A DNA stretch of 64,000 nucleotides. Origin: Octopus vulgaris (Eukaryota). The stretch spans positions 68,262,001 to 68,326,000 of the forward strand of contig OX597827.1 in NCBI GenBank assembly GCA_951406725.2, given 5' to 3'. This document shows, piece after piece, positions 40,008 through 53,711 of the stretch. The notes under the pieces were generated by a model. It saw only the letters and a list, made by a program, of their open reading frames with translations. It made no database searches and had not been told where the DNA came from. Position 1 is the first letter of the stretch, and each line of letters starts with the position of its first letter. A program made the translations under genes and the position numbers.

Positions 40008-40010
<3 letters not shown>
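39454..40010. mobile_element. About 555-bp non-coding insert inside an (ATT)n microsatellite; class undetermined
   Basis: Sharp boundaries with (ATT)n on both sides; higher GC than the flanks; no TIRs and no tRNA head seen; single copy in this window. Confidence 0.6.
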
Positions 40011-40055
<45 letters not shown>

Positions 40056-40537
40056 CATTATTATTATTATTAATGCCACGTGTATGCCTATGCTTAGGTC
40101 TTTGTGTTCTTGCTACTGTCGCTGATAGCACGGCTACTTTAGTTATTATTTAATCTTGCACTGACGAAACGGTATGAATTTGATCTGTTGTTTACGAGAG
40201 GAGAAAACGTGTACGGACCACATGCCCTTGATAATTTCATATGTTAGCAAAAGAAAGTAAGCTTGATTAACAATTAAATCGAAAGAAAAAAAGCAAAAAG
40301 AAAAAAATCCAGTAAAAAGGCACAAAAGAAATTATTACAGTCATGGAGTGTGCCGTTGTTGTTACATGAACAAAGACGTAACAATAACATTGATGAACAT
40401 GATGAAACGGCAGTAATTGTATTGATTAGGATGATAATATTTAAATTCTGATCAATGAGGATGGTTACGATGATGATTGCACCACCGTTAATAATTAAAT
40501 AACGCAACCGTTTTTCCCTTACACCAGAATTAATAAA

Positions 40538-40860
40538 GGAGGCGCAATGGCCCAGTGGTTAGGGCATCGGACTCGCGGTCGGAGGATCGCGGTTTCGATT
40601 CCCAGACCGGTCGTTGTGTGTGTGTTTATTGAGCGAAAACACCTAAAGCTCCACGGGGCTCCGGTAGGGTGTGGTGGCGACCCCTGTTGTACTCTTTCGC
40701 TCCAACTTTCTCTCACTCTATCTTCCTGTTTCTTGAGTAACGCTGCGATGGACTGGCGTCCCATCCAGCTGGGGGAGGGGGGACACATACGCCATAGAAA
40801 CCGGGAAACCGGGCCCATGAGCCTGGCTAGGCGCTTGAAAAGGGCGCATAAATAAATTTA
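40538..40860 (+). mobile_element. SINE group C, head H1 + tail T2, full length
   Basis: 12-bp TSD agaattaataaa at 40526-40537 and 40864-40875. Confidence 0.92.
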
Positions 40861-41049
40861 AAAAGAATTAATAAAACAGGCAAAATAAATAGTAAAAGGA
40901 TTCGCTTCATAAGTATTGTTTGCCAGTTGAGAGTTTCAAGGGAACAAACTATGTGGGGAGAGAGAGAGAGAGAGAGAGAGGGGGGAGGAGGAGAGAAAAG
41001 AAAGAGAGAAAGAATCCAAAAATGTAGCGTTAGGGACTTCATTGATTGG

Positions 41050-41255
41050 GGGCAAGATGACGGCATGCTGAGAGTATTGTTAAAATGTCGGACAAATGCT
41101 TAGCAGTATTTCGTCAAGCTTAACGTTCCCGGTTCAAATTCTGCCGAGGCCGACTTCACCTTTCATGGTCGATACCAGTTGAGCAGTGGAATCGATCTCA
41201 TCAACCAATCCCCTCCCCTAAAATTGCTGGCTTCGTGCCAAAAATTTAAAACCGA
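41050..41255 (+). mobile_element. SINE group A, diverged
   Basis: gttcaaattctgccgaggccgacttcacctttcat...aaattgctggcttcgtgccaaaa. Confidence 0.75.
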
Positions 41256-41369
41256 TGACAGTGGACATTCTGTCTAGTTTCTCTTTCTTTTCCAAGTCTA
41301 TTATGCTTTTCTTACCCACCCACCATAACCTCTGTTCATCCTTTTACCTTTCCTTCGCTTTGACAGTCA

Positions 41370-41371
41370 AT

Positions 41372-41429
<58 letters not shown>

Positions 41430-41960
41430 TCATTATACTTTATTCAATAATAAACACAATCGAACTTGCTCTCTCTCTCTCTCTCACATTTTTCTTTATT
41501 CACTAACACGAACAATAGTCCTTGCTTTCCTTCTTTCTCTCTCCTTCTTTCTGGCCCTCTCTCTCCCTCTAATTCTCTCTTTATCTTCGTTAGTTTATTT
41601 TTCATTCGCTTACAGTCACACTTGTTCTCTCTCTCTCTCCTTTTTCCCTCTCTACCCCTCTCTGCATACCCCTCTCTCTACCTCACTCTCTATCACCCTC
41701 TGCATACCCCTCTCTCTACCCCACTCTCTATCCACCTCTTTCTGTTGTATCCCAGCTCTCATTGTACCCTCTCTCCCATTTTCTCTCCTTCCCCCTCTCT
41801 CTCCCCCTCTTTTTATCCACCTTCTCTCTATCCCCCCTCTCTCTCTCTCTTATTTTCCCCATTCATCAATTCATAAGCTTCCCTATTCTTCTCTCCCTGC
41901 CATCTTTCTTTTATCATCAATATTTCCCTTCTTCCTTCCCCCCTCCACCCTTTTTTACAT
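41370..41960. repeat. Long pyrimidine-rich (CT) low-complexity tract
   Basis: Direct reading. Confidence 0.85.
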
Positions 41961-43284
41961 TAACATCTTCATTGCAACCTATTCTCCATTTTGTCAAATT
42001 TGGTTTGCCAACAAGAATCAATGTCACGGTGCGAATGAATATATCTATCTCCTTGATCAAATTGCCGGTGTCGCACACAACCTGCGAAACGATACATACA
42101 GAGTTCTTGTGCGATAACAAGTAATCCAAAGTCCCCCAAAACGACCCCTACCTCAGCCATTTACCTCGACCTTCAACCGTTCCCATTGACGTCGTTCTAA
42201 CTAATTGTAGTTTTACATTGCTAAATGGTCTTCTATTTTCACTCGAGACACGCCATTACCTGTCTAGATATATTTCGTTTTTAGACACAGATCCAGTAAC
42301 GTGGAGTTTGTTATTTAAGTGCTCTGTTTAATTGAGTTGACAAAGGACGGCGCCCAGTCAAGTAGTTATAGACAGAACAAGAAAACTTGGGTATTTAGGA
42401 AAACAAAATAAATAATGGAGAAGAAGAAGAAGAAGAAAAAAAATAGCATAAACTAAACGAAGCTGAACAATAATAAAACTATCAAGCCCAGTATGAAAGA
42501 TATTTAGAAAAATTTAGGGTAAATAGTAACAAAGAGGAAGTGAGAGGGAATATTGGCTTCGTTTTCGAGCGAATAGGAAAAAATAGAAAAAAAAAAAACA
42601 AACAACTCGACTCAGGAGTAAAGAAACTGAGAGGGGAAAGAAAAGCGAGAGAGATGGAAAAAATAAAGAAGGGAAAACCAAAGAGAGAGAGAAAAAAAGA
42701 ATGGAAAGAAAATAATAAATGCCTAGAGTGTAAAAGGAAATAGACAAAAATTAGCCCATAGAGAGAAATTTGTTTATTTTGTATAGATATCGTTTAAATT
42801 ACAGAATTTAATATAATTTCAAAGATAAATTGTGTATAACATAGATAGACATATTTACACATACATATGCAATTGTATGAATACATGTTTGTGTATATAG
42901 AAATTGAAATGCAGATATGGATGTATATAATACATGCATATATATAAACATTTTTCTTGTGTCTTTCAATATATAGTCATGTTTAGAAACACGATGTGCT
43001 CAATGTATAATCCAGAGCAATAAACTATAAGTGTTATTTCATCTGTTATCCATATAAGGGTACAGGACAGAAGATAGATGCTGAAGAATTTGAGGATGGT
43101 TTGTGTTCTCAAAAGTTTTTCCAGTGAAGTTAATGAGTTAGAACAACATATAACTCGGAAAGATCATCTTGACGTATAAGAAATGACAATGTTTGATATA
43201 AAGAAGATTTCCCGACTGAAGGATACCTGGTGAATATGTGTGGAAATGATAATTGCTGCTATTAAGTGGAACTATAGGGGAAAT

Positions 43285-43460
43285 GGGGTAGCAGAATCGT
43301 TAGCACACTAGACAAAATGTTAGCTGCATTTCTTCCGGGTTGACATTCTGAGTTCAAATTGCGCCGGGGTCGACTTAGCCTTTTATCCTTTGGGGTCGAT
43401 AAGATAAATGTTTCATCCATCAAAAAATTTCAGACCTTGTGCCAATAGTAGAAAGGATTA
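43285..43460 (+). mobile_element. SINE group A, diverged
   Basis: tagcagaatcgttagcac...ctgagttcaaatt...atcctttggggtcgataa. Confidence 0.8.
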
Positions 43461-44379
43461 TTAGTTGGAAATATTAACATAATTTTTTTTTTGTTTTGCT
43501 ATTCCTTACTCAAATGTTTCAAGTATTATCGTATTTTCGTGAGCGAGAGCAACGGATTTAGGTTGCACAGCGACCTAAAAAGTGCCTTAAGCATGGTTCG
43601 TGTTTCTTTTCCTTCTCTGTACTCGGCCTAAGTACTGATAGTGAGGACTGATCTATGGTCAACGAACGGACGTCTGCAGGTATCTCACTTGCAAACTCCT
43701 GATGTCGCCTCTGTACGAGACTTAGAATAGAAAGTTAAGTGTGTGTAGCTGTCGAAGTAGATGTGTTTCCCTGAAATTGTATAACTTCCAAAACCTAGAC
43801 AGGCATGGTGGTAGAGGATTTGTTGGAAAGATCAACCAATGGTGTAAACTATTTAAAATTGTTAATATCCGTTCCTTGACAGTTAGCTAAGAGATGTTGA
43901 AACTCGTTAATTTTTACATTTTAATATTTAATTTTTCTGTTCGTGTACAAATAATTTATTTTACATATAATCTTTATGTTTAATATTTATGTCTCAGCTG
44001 CCTGTCAAAAACGAGCTTTGACTGAGAGGTTTTAAAGTGTTCTAATATCATTGTTGTTCTGATAGACTCATACAATTTGTTCTTTTATTGTTTTTCCAAA
44101 AGTGTTGTATGTAATTTGCGTTTATGATGCTTCTTGTGTATTTATCTTTTTTCCTTTCAAATAAATATATTTAAGAAGTGGAACATAATCTCAGTCATGC
44201 CCTTGAAATGATGCATATATATTGAAACGATTCTTCGATGATCAGACATTAGATCCTCAATTATTATATATAGCCATATCATAGACATATAAAATAAATT
44301 ACATACACACACACTCACGCATATATATATATATATATAAAATATAATACATACACGAACACACATGCATAGATCGCTA

Positions 44380-44562
44380 GCCACTACACGTTCTTTATTT
44401 TCTCTCCTTGTTTCTTTCTGTGTCCCTTTCTGTGGAAGAGCGTAGGCTCAAAACGTTAAAGACTTTTTTCCCTTCCCGAGCGTTATACTAATACATCTGT
44501 TTATTGTCTACACCACCTGTCTTCGTCTTTTGTTTCTTTATGTTTTTTGTGAATTCTCCCCT
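44380..44562 (+). mobile_element. Second copy of the Penelope-like hammerhead fragment
   Basis: Aligns with 7742-7918; CTGTGGA-a-gagc-gtag-gctc-AAAAC-gtt; ends ctccccTATATA. Confidence 0.6.
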
Positions 44563-44847
44563 ATATATATATATATCACCCGGAAGACAATACGTGGCTC
44601 GCGTATTTTGTTAATACATTATTGTGTGTGTGTGTGTGTGTGTAATTAACTGCAACAGAACATGTCACTGAGGAACCCATAACAGGTTGAACTCACATGA
44701 TCTGGTTGTTCTGGCGGCCATTGAAGATGGCTTTCGTCTGTCAACAAGTGCTCTTATGTACAAGTCCTCATGTGAGACCCTCTCAAGATGAATAACGCAT
44801 TGTCCTGTATTCTAACACATCTTCCACGTTAAGGTGGAGGTCAAGAT

Positions 44848-44893
<46 letters not shown>

Positions 44894-45920
44894 TATATAT
44901 ACAAACATAATATTTATAGGTATAAAAATAAACAATACATAGCACTATATATAATATACATATTTATATCTAATACATGTGCATAATAAATATTTACGCA
45001 CACACATACACAAACGTGTATAATGCGTATATATATCGATGGAGCATTACCATTATGCATTTGAATGCATCCATCGCAGTCTCTCCAAATCTTTTCTCTA
45101 AAATCATTTTACAAGAATGACAACATACTGGTTCTCTCGTTCAAAGTATCGTGTTTTTTCTCTTATTTCCATCTCATTCACCTTCAGTGCCGCCAGAAAT
45201 CCCAATGATGTCCTGTTATTTCGTGCTATTTAAGGTTCATCAATCAATATCAAAAATAAAGAAAATACTGCTTTTTGCTATTTTTCTCTAGGCTTACTGT
45301 TAATTGCACTTCGTATTATACTATTTCTGTTCAGCTTTATTGAAAAAATTTGCAAGACGTTCTCTCGCATTTTCCGTTACATCTTTTTCAACAAGTAACA
45401 CTCTAAAAACGTTCATATTACATCTTGCTTTCGCCCTGTTAATTCATGAGATTTTATATTTTATAGTAAAAAAAAAAAAAAAGGGAAAAAAAAAATTAAA
45501 AAAGATAGAGAACGGATGTCACCCTTCAAACAACATATTAGTTGTTTAGACAAGAAATAAAAATGTTGTTGTTGACAGACCCCTACGATCTTGAGCAAAA
45601 TACCTGATGTTTGAGAATGTTCTGCCATGTGTTAAATGCTCAGTTGTATAGAAATAACATCGGTTCAATTACAATAATTTCTTTTTAATAGTAAACTCAG
45701 TGTAAAAAAGTGTGTTGTATCTATCAAATTCCATATTGGAATCTAAACGATTATAACATTTGGCCACAGTCAATACCACCCATTAACATTAGCGCTATAT
45801 TATTAACTAAATTGATTTAACAAATCTCATTTGATAGGTAAAAATCCTATCCCCTACTGCAAACAACCGACAAATTTTTGTAATCAGATTCTAAAACTTT
45901 TAGAATAGCACATAGAGATC

Positions 45921-46349
45921 GGATCTTTTCGGTTTGAAAGGCAGTTTTTTCTAGCGGTGTCATATGAAATTGTCACCCACAATTATGACCCTCGTATCGA
46001 TCTATTGCATTTCAATCTGTTTTAGGGTTGGGGTTGGTTAGGGTTAGGGGCGGGGGGAAGGGTATCTTTTTTTTCTTCACAAATGTAAATAAACCCAATC
46101 TGTTTCTTAAACAAAGGACATATTCATACGGCACAGAATGCTTTTTAACTCAATAGACGTCATTGATTGGATGAAATTGCAGAAATTGAAGAAAAAAAAA
46201 CAACAAATATCTTACAAACTATAGAATTTTCTCAATAAAGCCAAGAGAAAAAGATGTTTTATAAACACATTCTACCAGTATACGAAGTTTAAAATTTTTT
46301 AGTTACCTAGAAATTATGTTAAAAACTGCCGTTCAAACCGAAAAGGTCC
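45921..46349. mobile_element. MITE with GG-initiated TIRs of about 28 bp and 8-bp TSD (Merlin-like by terminus and TSD)
   Basis: TIR ggatcttttcggtttgaa(a/c)ggcagttttt; TSD tagagatc at 45913-45920 and 46350-46357. Confidence 0.9.
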
Positions 46350-47766
46350 TAGAGATCGTACTATTAAAATTACCTTTTATTTTTTTGTAGCGTAGTTAGG
46401 CACAAAAATAAAAGAAGGTTAATAGCGTAACCAATTTATTATTATTATTATTATTATTACAGGGCCGCTACTATTTATGTGGCACATGATGAGGGGTCTG
46501 TGATATGCTGATCAAAACAAAATGTAGACGTAGACAACAAAAATGAGGTTAACAGTCGGATCAATTTCTGTTACTACACTAGTCTAAATGCCTTACTAAA
46601 GTTAGTTAGATACCAATAAATACCACTTAATATGTCAGAATACACGTATTGCTGGTAACTAAATACATTTTGTGAGATACGTTCAGCCAAGAATAAGTAA
46701 AACAGTCTACTTGATCTGTTAAAGGTTGTCTATTATGTCATGAACTTCAGCAGCTGCTTATACAACAAGCAACCACAAATTTTTGTAGCAGAATCTACAG
46801 ATTGCTAGTGATAGGATATAGGTAGGCATTGTGCGAGGCTTTCGACGTAGAACTTTATTAAAACAGCATCGGACGTCCGTGTGCTATAATTTTTCAGGAA
46901 ACCAAACCAGTGTCTTTATTGTTACAGCAAGCAACTAGATATTTCTGTTGCTATTCTACTTAAATATGTTTGTCACAACTAACCCTGATCATCCTGTATA
47001 TTCTATAATTCCAACAACTAGACTTATTACGCCATAAATTTCCTAATACTTATTTTCCAAACCGACTGTATGGGAACTCCCTAACTTTCCCTATTTTTGC
47101 TTCTTTTCTGAAAGTGTTGCACAGAAAAATCTTAATTTGTGACAGATTCCAAAGAAAATTAATCCCATGAATTTCCACCACCCCCAGTTATTCTTCTCCC
47201 CCTCTATTCTAAAAATGAATTGCGTTGCAGACGATCTCGTAAAAATATGAATATCACAGGTCTTTATTGCTACTTTCCTTTTAAACAGACATCCGACTGC
47301 GCGCACACACACACACACAGACACACACTCACACACACACACATATGCAGCAGTAACCTAAACTAGCTCTCACTGCCAGGGCACTATATCAATTGATTCA
47401 GCGTCATCCAGTCAAAAGCTATCTATCATACGTTAGGTAACCCGTGTCTCAGATGGTGCTGGCTGACGATAATTCTTTAATCTCTCATATTACTTTTTAA
47501 CACCGAAACAGATATGAATATCAAAACATGCTGTTAATATAACCCGAAATATTTCAAAAGAGAAATGTAATACAGTATTTTGACATATCATCATACAAAC
47601 GTTGCTATCAAAATACACGGCTCACAGTTTGTAGCTGCCACTGCTACAGGTCAGTTCAGACGAAGTAAACCTATGACGAAAAGTATTTCAGGAATGAGTA
47701 TTTCGTCTTATTTCTCTGGGATTATATTATCTAATGTAACTATTAATTTTTTAAAGAAATAAGTTG

Positions 47767-48191
47767 GGATCTTTTCGGTTTGAACGGCAGTTTTTCTAGC
47801 GGTGTCATATGAAATTGTCACCCATAATTATGACCCTAGTATCGATCTATTGCATTTCAATTTTTTTTAGGATTAGGGTTAGTTAGGGTTAGGGGTGGGG
47901 GAAGGGTATCTTTTTTTCTTCACAAATGTAAATAAACCCAATCTGTTTCTTAAACGAGGGCCGTATTCATACGGCACAGAATGTTGTTTACCTCAATGGA
48001 CGTCAGTGATTGGTTGAAATTGCAGAAATTGAAGAAAAAAAACAACGAATATCTTACAAACTATAAAATTTTCTCAATAAAGCCAAGAGAAAAAGATGTT
48101 TTACAAACACATTCTACCAGTATACGAAGTTAAAAATTTTTTAGTTACCTAGAAATTATGTTAAAAACTGCCGTTCAAACTGAAAAGATCC
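47767..48191. mobile_element. Second copy of the same MITE, independent insertion
   Basis: Same TIRs and body; different TSD ataagttg at 47759-47766 and 48192-48199. Confidence 0.92.
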
Positions 48192-50099
48192 ATAAGTTGT
48201 GATTTAAGGAACATTTAGCTGTTATTTCTAGTAGGTCGAGTGGCCACGTAAATACTCCTTCGTTAGTTTGTAGGCGTCCGTTTTTTTTATGACCAATCGT
48301 AAAAGAAAAAATAGATTTTCTTTTATGGATAATTTGCAAAACGTTCTGTACTGGAACTTCTCCAATTTAACACTCACTGAAGCGAATTCTTCAAGTTTCT
48401 TTCAAAGAATGGCATAAATTTAGCGAAAGCAATGCAGCAGCAAAAAATAACTTAAAAGGACATTTTGAAATACGATTGAGAATGATGAACTTGATGTGGG
48501 CGAATTGACCCGACTCCAGTTTCTGTCTCCAGGCATAACGGATGTAAACACTCGGGTTTATTATTGGTTGTCTTCACTAAACCAGATTCCTCTCTGCTTA
48601 TCGTCAGCGTTTAACTGAGATACAATACGGTACTGCGCTTGTTTTTAACTCTCCAATGTCATTTTTAATTTCCTTGTGAATTATATTCATGTCCACCCTC
48701 AAGCAAAAGAAAAAGAACAGAGAAAATATACAATTATCTAAATTCTTATATATATCATATTATATATATATATATACACATAGACGTATGTATCCAAATG
48801 TTTGATATACGTATGTATTTAATTCTGTATGTGTGATAGTTTGGTCTATGCATTTTCTTTTATGATCTTAGTCTGCCAAATTCCCTTTTGCTATAAATTA
48901 ATAAACTGCATTACTCTGCCGTCTTGCCTCCTCAGATAGATTGCTGTCTAATTACTGAATTCACTTTACATATGATACATTCACTTAACAGAATTCCCAT
49001 ATAATTTCTTTAGTCTGCCAAATCTATTTGCAGCGATATTTATTATCTTATCAATTAGACTGTATTGCTGTTCTTCACACACACACACACACACGCACAT
49101 GCACATGCACACACACACACACACACACACGAAATAAATAAAATAACTGATGAGCTGTGATGATTGCAGACCCGATGGAGAAAGAGTTGTCAGCCAATCA
49201 AAAGCTCTGAATTAGAACATTCTAGATGTACGTTTTTAGTTCTTTATTTTATTATAGTTTTTTTTTCTTCTCTACTTTATTACCACACCGTGCTTATTTA
49301 ATTAGACTAGTTGTGTATATTTAATTATCCTTGGAATTAATGAACCTTAAAGAAAAACTTGACATGATTAAAATCTCATAATTGTAAGTCAGCAAGCAAT
49401 CAATTCATCAAATTATAAATCTAAATTAGTTCTCTATTAATAAAGAATTACGCTATGTATAACACACACACAGAGGGGACCTTTTCTTTTTATTGAAAAT
49501 GTGATTATTTTTGTTCTTGCTGCTGTTGATCCTTCTAGCTAAGTCGTGACCATGTTGTAAAAGCGTTCTGGTCGTGATCATCACATGCGCTGTTGTATCT
49601 GTGAAACAACATTGCGCAATATATCCTTCCTTTTCTTTAACGAGTGTAAGCATGTTTTAAAGAGATTTGGTTGGGTTATTTTGTCAAGCAAGTCGAATCA
49701 CCACGTAAAGGATCCCCTTGTTTTTGGCAGTACAGATTCACAAAAAGCTGTGTTTTGATAGAGTGTGTATGATTGATTTTTCCAGACTCATCAATCAATC
49801 AATTTCTATGCGTGGGTGTGTGTGGTGGCCTGACAGTGTCACACGTAACATGTAACCTAGTGCATTCCGTTGCACAGTTGGGTCGTCGCCGATTGAACTG
49901 GCAATCTCACGAAGCGTGTCTGAGATATAGGGAATGATTTAGGATACCCCAGAATATAAAATAATTCCTGTGCAAAGGCAGATTTAACTCACGGAGACAA
50001 TAGCCGTCTAATCATATGTACATATGCATATTAAATAGGTGTGTGTATATTTATCGGTATGCTTTGATATCATTCAAATGCGGCATAGAAGAAATAAAT

Positions 50100-51007
50100 A
50101 ATTTTCATCTCCTCCATCTTGGGTGGCGACAGCAGGCTAATGAGGACAGCTGATGCAGATGGTAACATACCGTTATGCTATAAGCCATGACAATGTGTAA
50201 ACATCTGGCATAATGTTTTATGGTCTGGATACAAGACAAGTTAAATGGTAGTGAGAGGACTAGAGAGGCCTTTAACCACTTTGGAATTTTCATGCATTTT
50301 AATACAAGCTTCGTTCGCTTAAATTCATCTTACCACTGAGCATATTGTGTGAGAACCAGAGAGTGAGTCTGATGTGCGCGTAGCTCTTTCTCACACAAGA
50401 GAAAAAAACTACGCAAGTGTAGTATCTTTGTCTAGTGAGCAAATCTGCATAATTCAAAACTCCAATTAAGGGTCAAATGATATTGTTGTGATAGTTGGGG
50501 TATTGTGCACATCTGCAGCAATGAAATACTACCACTACCGTAACTTCAGATGCATGGAAGTTGTTGCATGATCGGGAATCGTCGCAGTTCTCTGTCCAAT
50601 TTCATGTGACGACATCCCTTGTGTGAAGTATTGCATCGTCATTATCACAGCCTGCATTGATAAATGATGGGTGGAACGTCACGGACCATCATGCTGCAAA
50701 CCTCTTAATGAAATAGTGGACGTTTTACACATTTGAGACGATGAAATGCCACGACTTTTGTGGCGTCGGGCGCACGGAAGCTGTGGAATAAACAGAAAAG
50801 GAAAGGCTGTGATTTTCTAGTCTCATGCAAGGATTTGTCCGATATTGGGGTACATTGTGGCTGAAGTCATTGTCTTCACTGGTTATTAATCATAAATTTG
50901 GTTATTTTATTTTGCTTTTCTTTCATTCTCTATTTTTTAACTCTTTTGGCAGTGTCTAGATCATCGTCAAATTCAACAGCTCTATCATCATCAGTGTCAT
51001 CATCACT

Positions 51008-51008
<1 letters not shown>
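50100..51008 (-). pseudogene. Possible decayed piggyBac-type transposase
   Basis: Minus-strand order: acidic SDDDTDDDRAVEFDDDLD (51008-50955), I*PLIGVLN resembling IRPL..LN (50478-50452), HK....MFT...GM (50228-50165); many stops and frameshifts. Confidence 0.35.
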
Positions 51009-51048
<40 letters not shown>

Positions 51049-51284
51049 AACAAGGAAAACATGACAGAAATGAGTAAGAAAATGTCAGGTTTTGGGGTTT
51101 TGTTTTTTTTCCTCTCGTTTACATTCTCCAGAACTATGTCGAAGGTTGGAAAAGGTTTCTTCCATGCAAACCGGAAAATTTTCGAACAACAAACAAGATG
51201 AGGAGAAATATCCGTCAATTGTAAATAATGTAAATAATATATCATATATATATAGTGTATGTTTAATTATGTCTTTATGTATAA

Positions 51285-51680
51285 CTAGCAGTATCGCCCG
51301 GCGTTGCTCGGGTTTGTAAGGGAAATAATTATACAGCATTTTTAGAGAGTTATAGCCAAAAAATAGCAAAAAAATGCATTAAAAATGGAAAAAATATGAT
51401 GGTAAATATTTTTTAAAATCGTTGACTCATCGTAGACATTTTTAGAGAGTTACTTCCCTTTAAAAAAATATGCATGAAAATGGAAAAAAATGATGGTAAA
51501 TTATTTTTAAAATCGTAGACTCATCGTAGACGCGCGCTAATACCCAGAAGGGCTCAATATTAATCACGACTATAAGATACCCGGTTTTGGTTAAACTCTA
51601 CCGCAAAATGTGGGAGTAGTCAGGAATCTAAATCGAAGGGGACAGACACTCACACAACTTCACTTTTATATATATATAGA
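51285..51680 (-). mobile_element. Non-autonomous Helitron (body type III, internal duplication)
   Basis: TC...hairpin...CTAG termini; matches 59046-59341. Confidence 0.9.
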
Positions 51681-51699
51681 TATGTAAATACGATATTTG

Positions 51700-51895
51700 A
51701 ATATTGGCAGAATAGTTAGCACACCAGACGACATACTTAGCGGCATTTCGTTCTAAGTTGTTCAAATGCCGCCGAGAACGACATTTCATCCTACTCGGGG
51801 GTCGATAAAATAAGTACCAGCTGAGCACTGGGGTCGACGTAAACGCCTTACTCCACTTTCCAAAACAACTGGCCTTGTTCCAAAATTTTACGCCA
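51700..51895 (+). mobile_element. SINE group A, diverged
   Basis: tggcagaatagttagcac...ggggtcgataaaataagtaccag. Confidence 0.8.
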
Positions 51896-52470
51896 TTATT
51901 TGCTTACAGTCGCCATTTTTTTTTTTTTTTTGTAAGTGCTTAGACAATAGCCTTCACACGGGAAAAAACGTGTGCGGTAAAAATTATTCTCTACACGCTG
52001 TGCACCTCCATAATCTATGTTGTCTAAATACCTAAACGGATGAATGAACACTGTTGAGTGACGAATGTATAATATCTGTTGACCAATTTATTTCATAGCA
52101 TAATACTATATCACGGTCCGGTAGTTTTTTGCAAGGTTTATTTCCAGAAAGGTGGTTCGGTTTTGCAGATAACAACAACAGATGGCGTATAGTTAACCGA
52201 ATTTTCTGCTGTTGCCAGCATGGAACATCAAGAAAAACACCTGGGATGAATCTTCGCTGTAAATTACTGATTTTTATCTTAGTCGCAAAATTTTTATTAT
52301 AATAAATTCCAAAGTGTTATTCTGTAAACAACTGCAAATTTATAAGAGAAGCTATTTTCCCTTTCGCTAAATATGACGACATGTTAAAAGTAAAAAAAAA
52401 AAAAAAAATAAAGAAAAAAAAAACAACAAAAAAATGAAAAGATAAACATAGAGGCATTTATATAAAGATA

Positions 52471-52514
<44 letters not shown>

Positions 52515-52648
52515 GTTAAGATAAGCAAAATTTCAATAAATTTTCCAAAGATTTGATAAGACCTCCCTCCCTTAAACTAATGAGAATTATGTTGTTGGAA
52601 TAGCGATCATATCATTTTAAAATTACACAGTGCATAACAACAGCGACG

Positions 52649-52680
<32 letters not shown>

Positions 52681-53320
52681 TATGCTAATAATAATAATAT
52701 TTATAATAATAATAATAAATTATGAAAAATTATCCGTACTTAAGAAAAACAAGTTCAACTGGTTCCCATTAATTTACTACCTATTTATATTTTCAATGTA
52801 CATCTGGGTTATTTTCTGCTGTGATTTGCTTTGTTTTGCTTTGTTTTGTTGTTTTTGTTTTCTTTTTGTAGAAAAGATAAAGAGCAATCCGCCATTATTT
52901 TTACAATAAAAATTTGAGATTAAGTAAAAATAACCGGAAACTCACTTCTTTTGCTGTTGTCTTAATAACTTCAAAGGTTGTGAGCATAAGGACTTTTTTT
53001 TTTTGTTTTTTTTTTACACTGAATCAGAAATGTAATAGTTCCAGATACAAGTGATAAAATGTCAGGTTTTGTACCAAGATTTCGACTTAATTTTTAGTCA
53101 GGATTCTCGAAAATATATCAGTAAGTACAGTTTCTTAAAATAATAACTGCTCAGCACATTTAGACCAGAATTTTAAAAAATATATTTTGTGTGATAACGT
53201 GATTGATTGCTAACTGCGTGGTTCCAGGTTCGACTCAACCTGGTGGCACCTCGGGCAAATATCTTCTATTATAGCCCTAAACCGACCAAAGCTTTGTGAA
53301 TAGAATTAGTAGACAAAACC

Positions 53321-53711
53321 TATTTCTTTACTACCTACAAGGGGCTAAACACAGAGAGGACAAACAAGGACAGACAAACGGATTAAGTCGATTATATCGA
53401 CCCCAGTGCGTAACTGGTACTTATTTAATCGACCCTGAAAGGATGAAAGGCAAAGTCAACCTCGACAGAATTTGAATTCAGAACGTAGCAGCAGACGAAA
53501 TATCTATTTCTTTACTACCCACAAGGGGCTAAACACAGAGAGGACAACCAAGGACAGACAAACGGATTAAGTCGATTATATCGACCCCAGTGCGTAACTG
53601 GTACTTATTTAATCGACCCCGAAAGGATGAAAGGCAAAGTCGACCTCGGCGGAATTTGAACTCAGAACGTCGCGGCAGACGAAATACCGCTAAGCATTTC
53701 GCCCGGCGTGC
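53321..53711 (-). mobile_element. Dimeric group A SINE inserted in an old group B SINE (about 53185-53850)
   Basis: Units 53505-53711 and 53321-53502; TSD acaaaacct on both sides. Confidence 0.9.

Noticed and set aside
41969-42160. Minus-strand ORF with kinase-like VLGDFGL and HRDI motifs
   Set aside because: The motifs are in the wrong order (HRD must precede DFG) and no other kinase subdomains are visible; most likely chance
46022-47906. TTAGGG units as an interstitial telomere or fusion site
   Set aside because: Only a few units, located at the same position inside two MITE copies
49145-49215. CTGATGA followed by a gagct/agctc stem
   Set aside because: No GAAA, helix III or helix I; not a hammerhead
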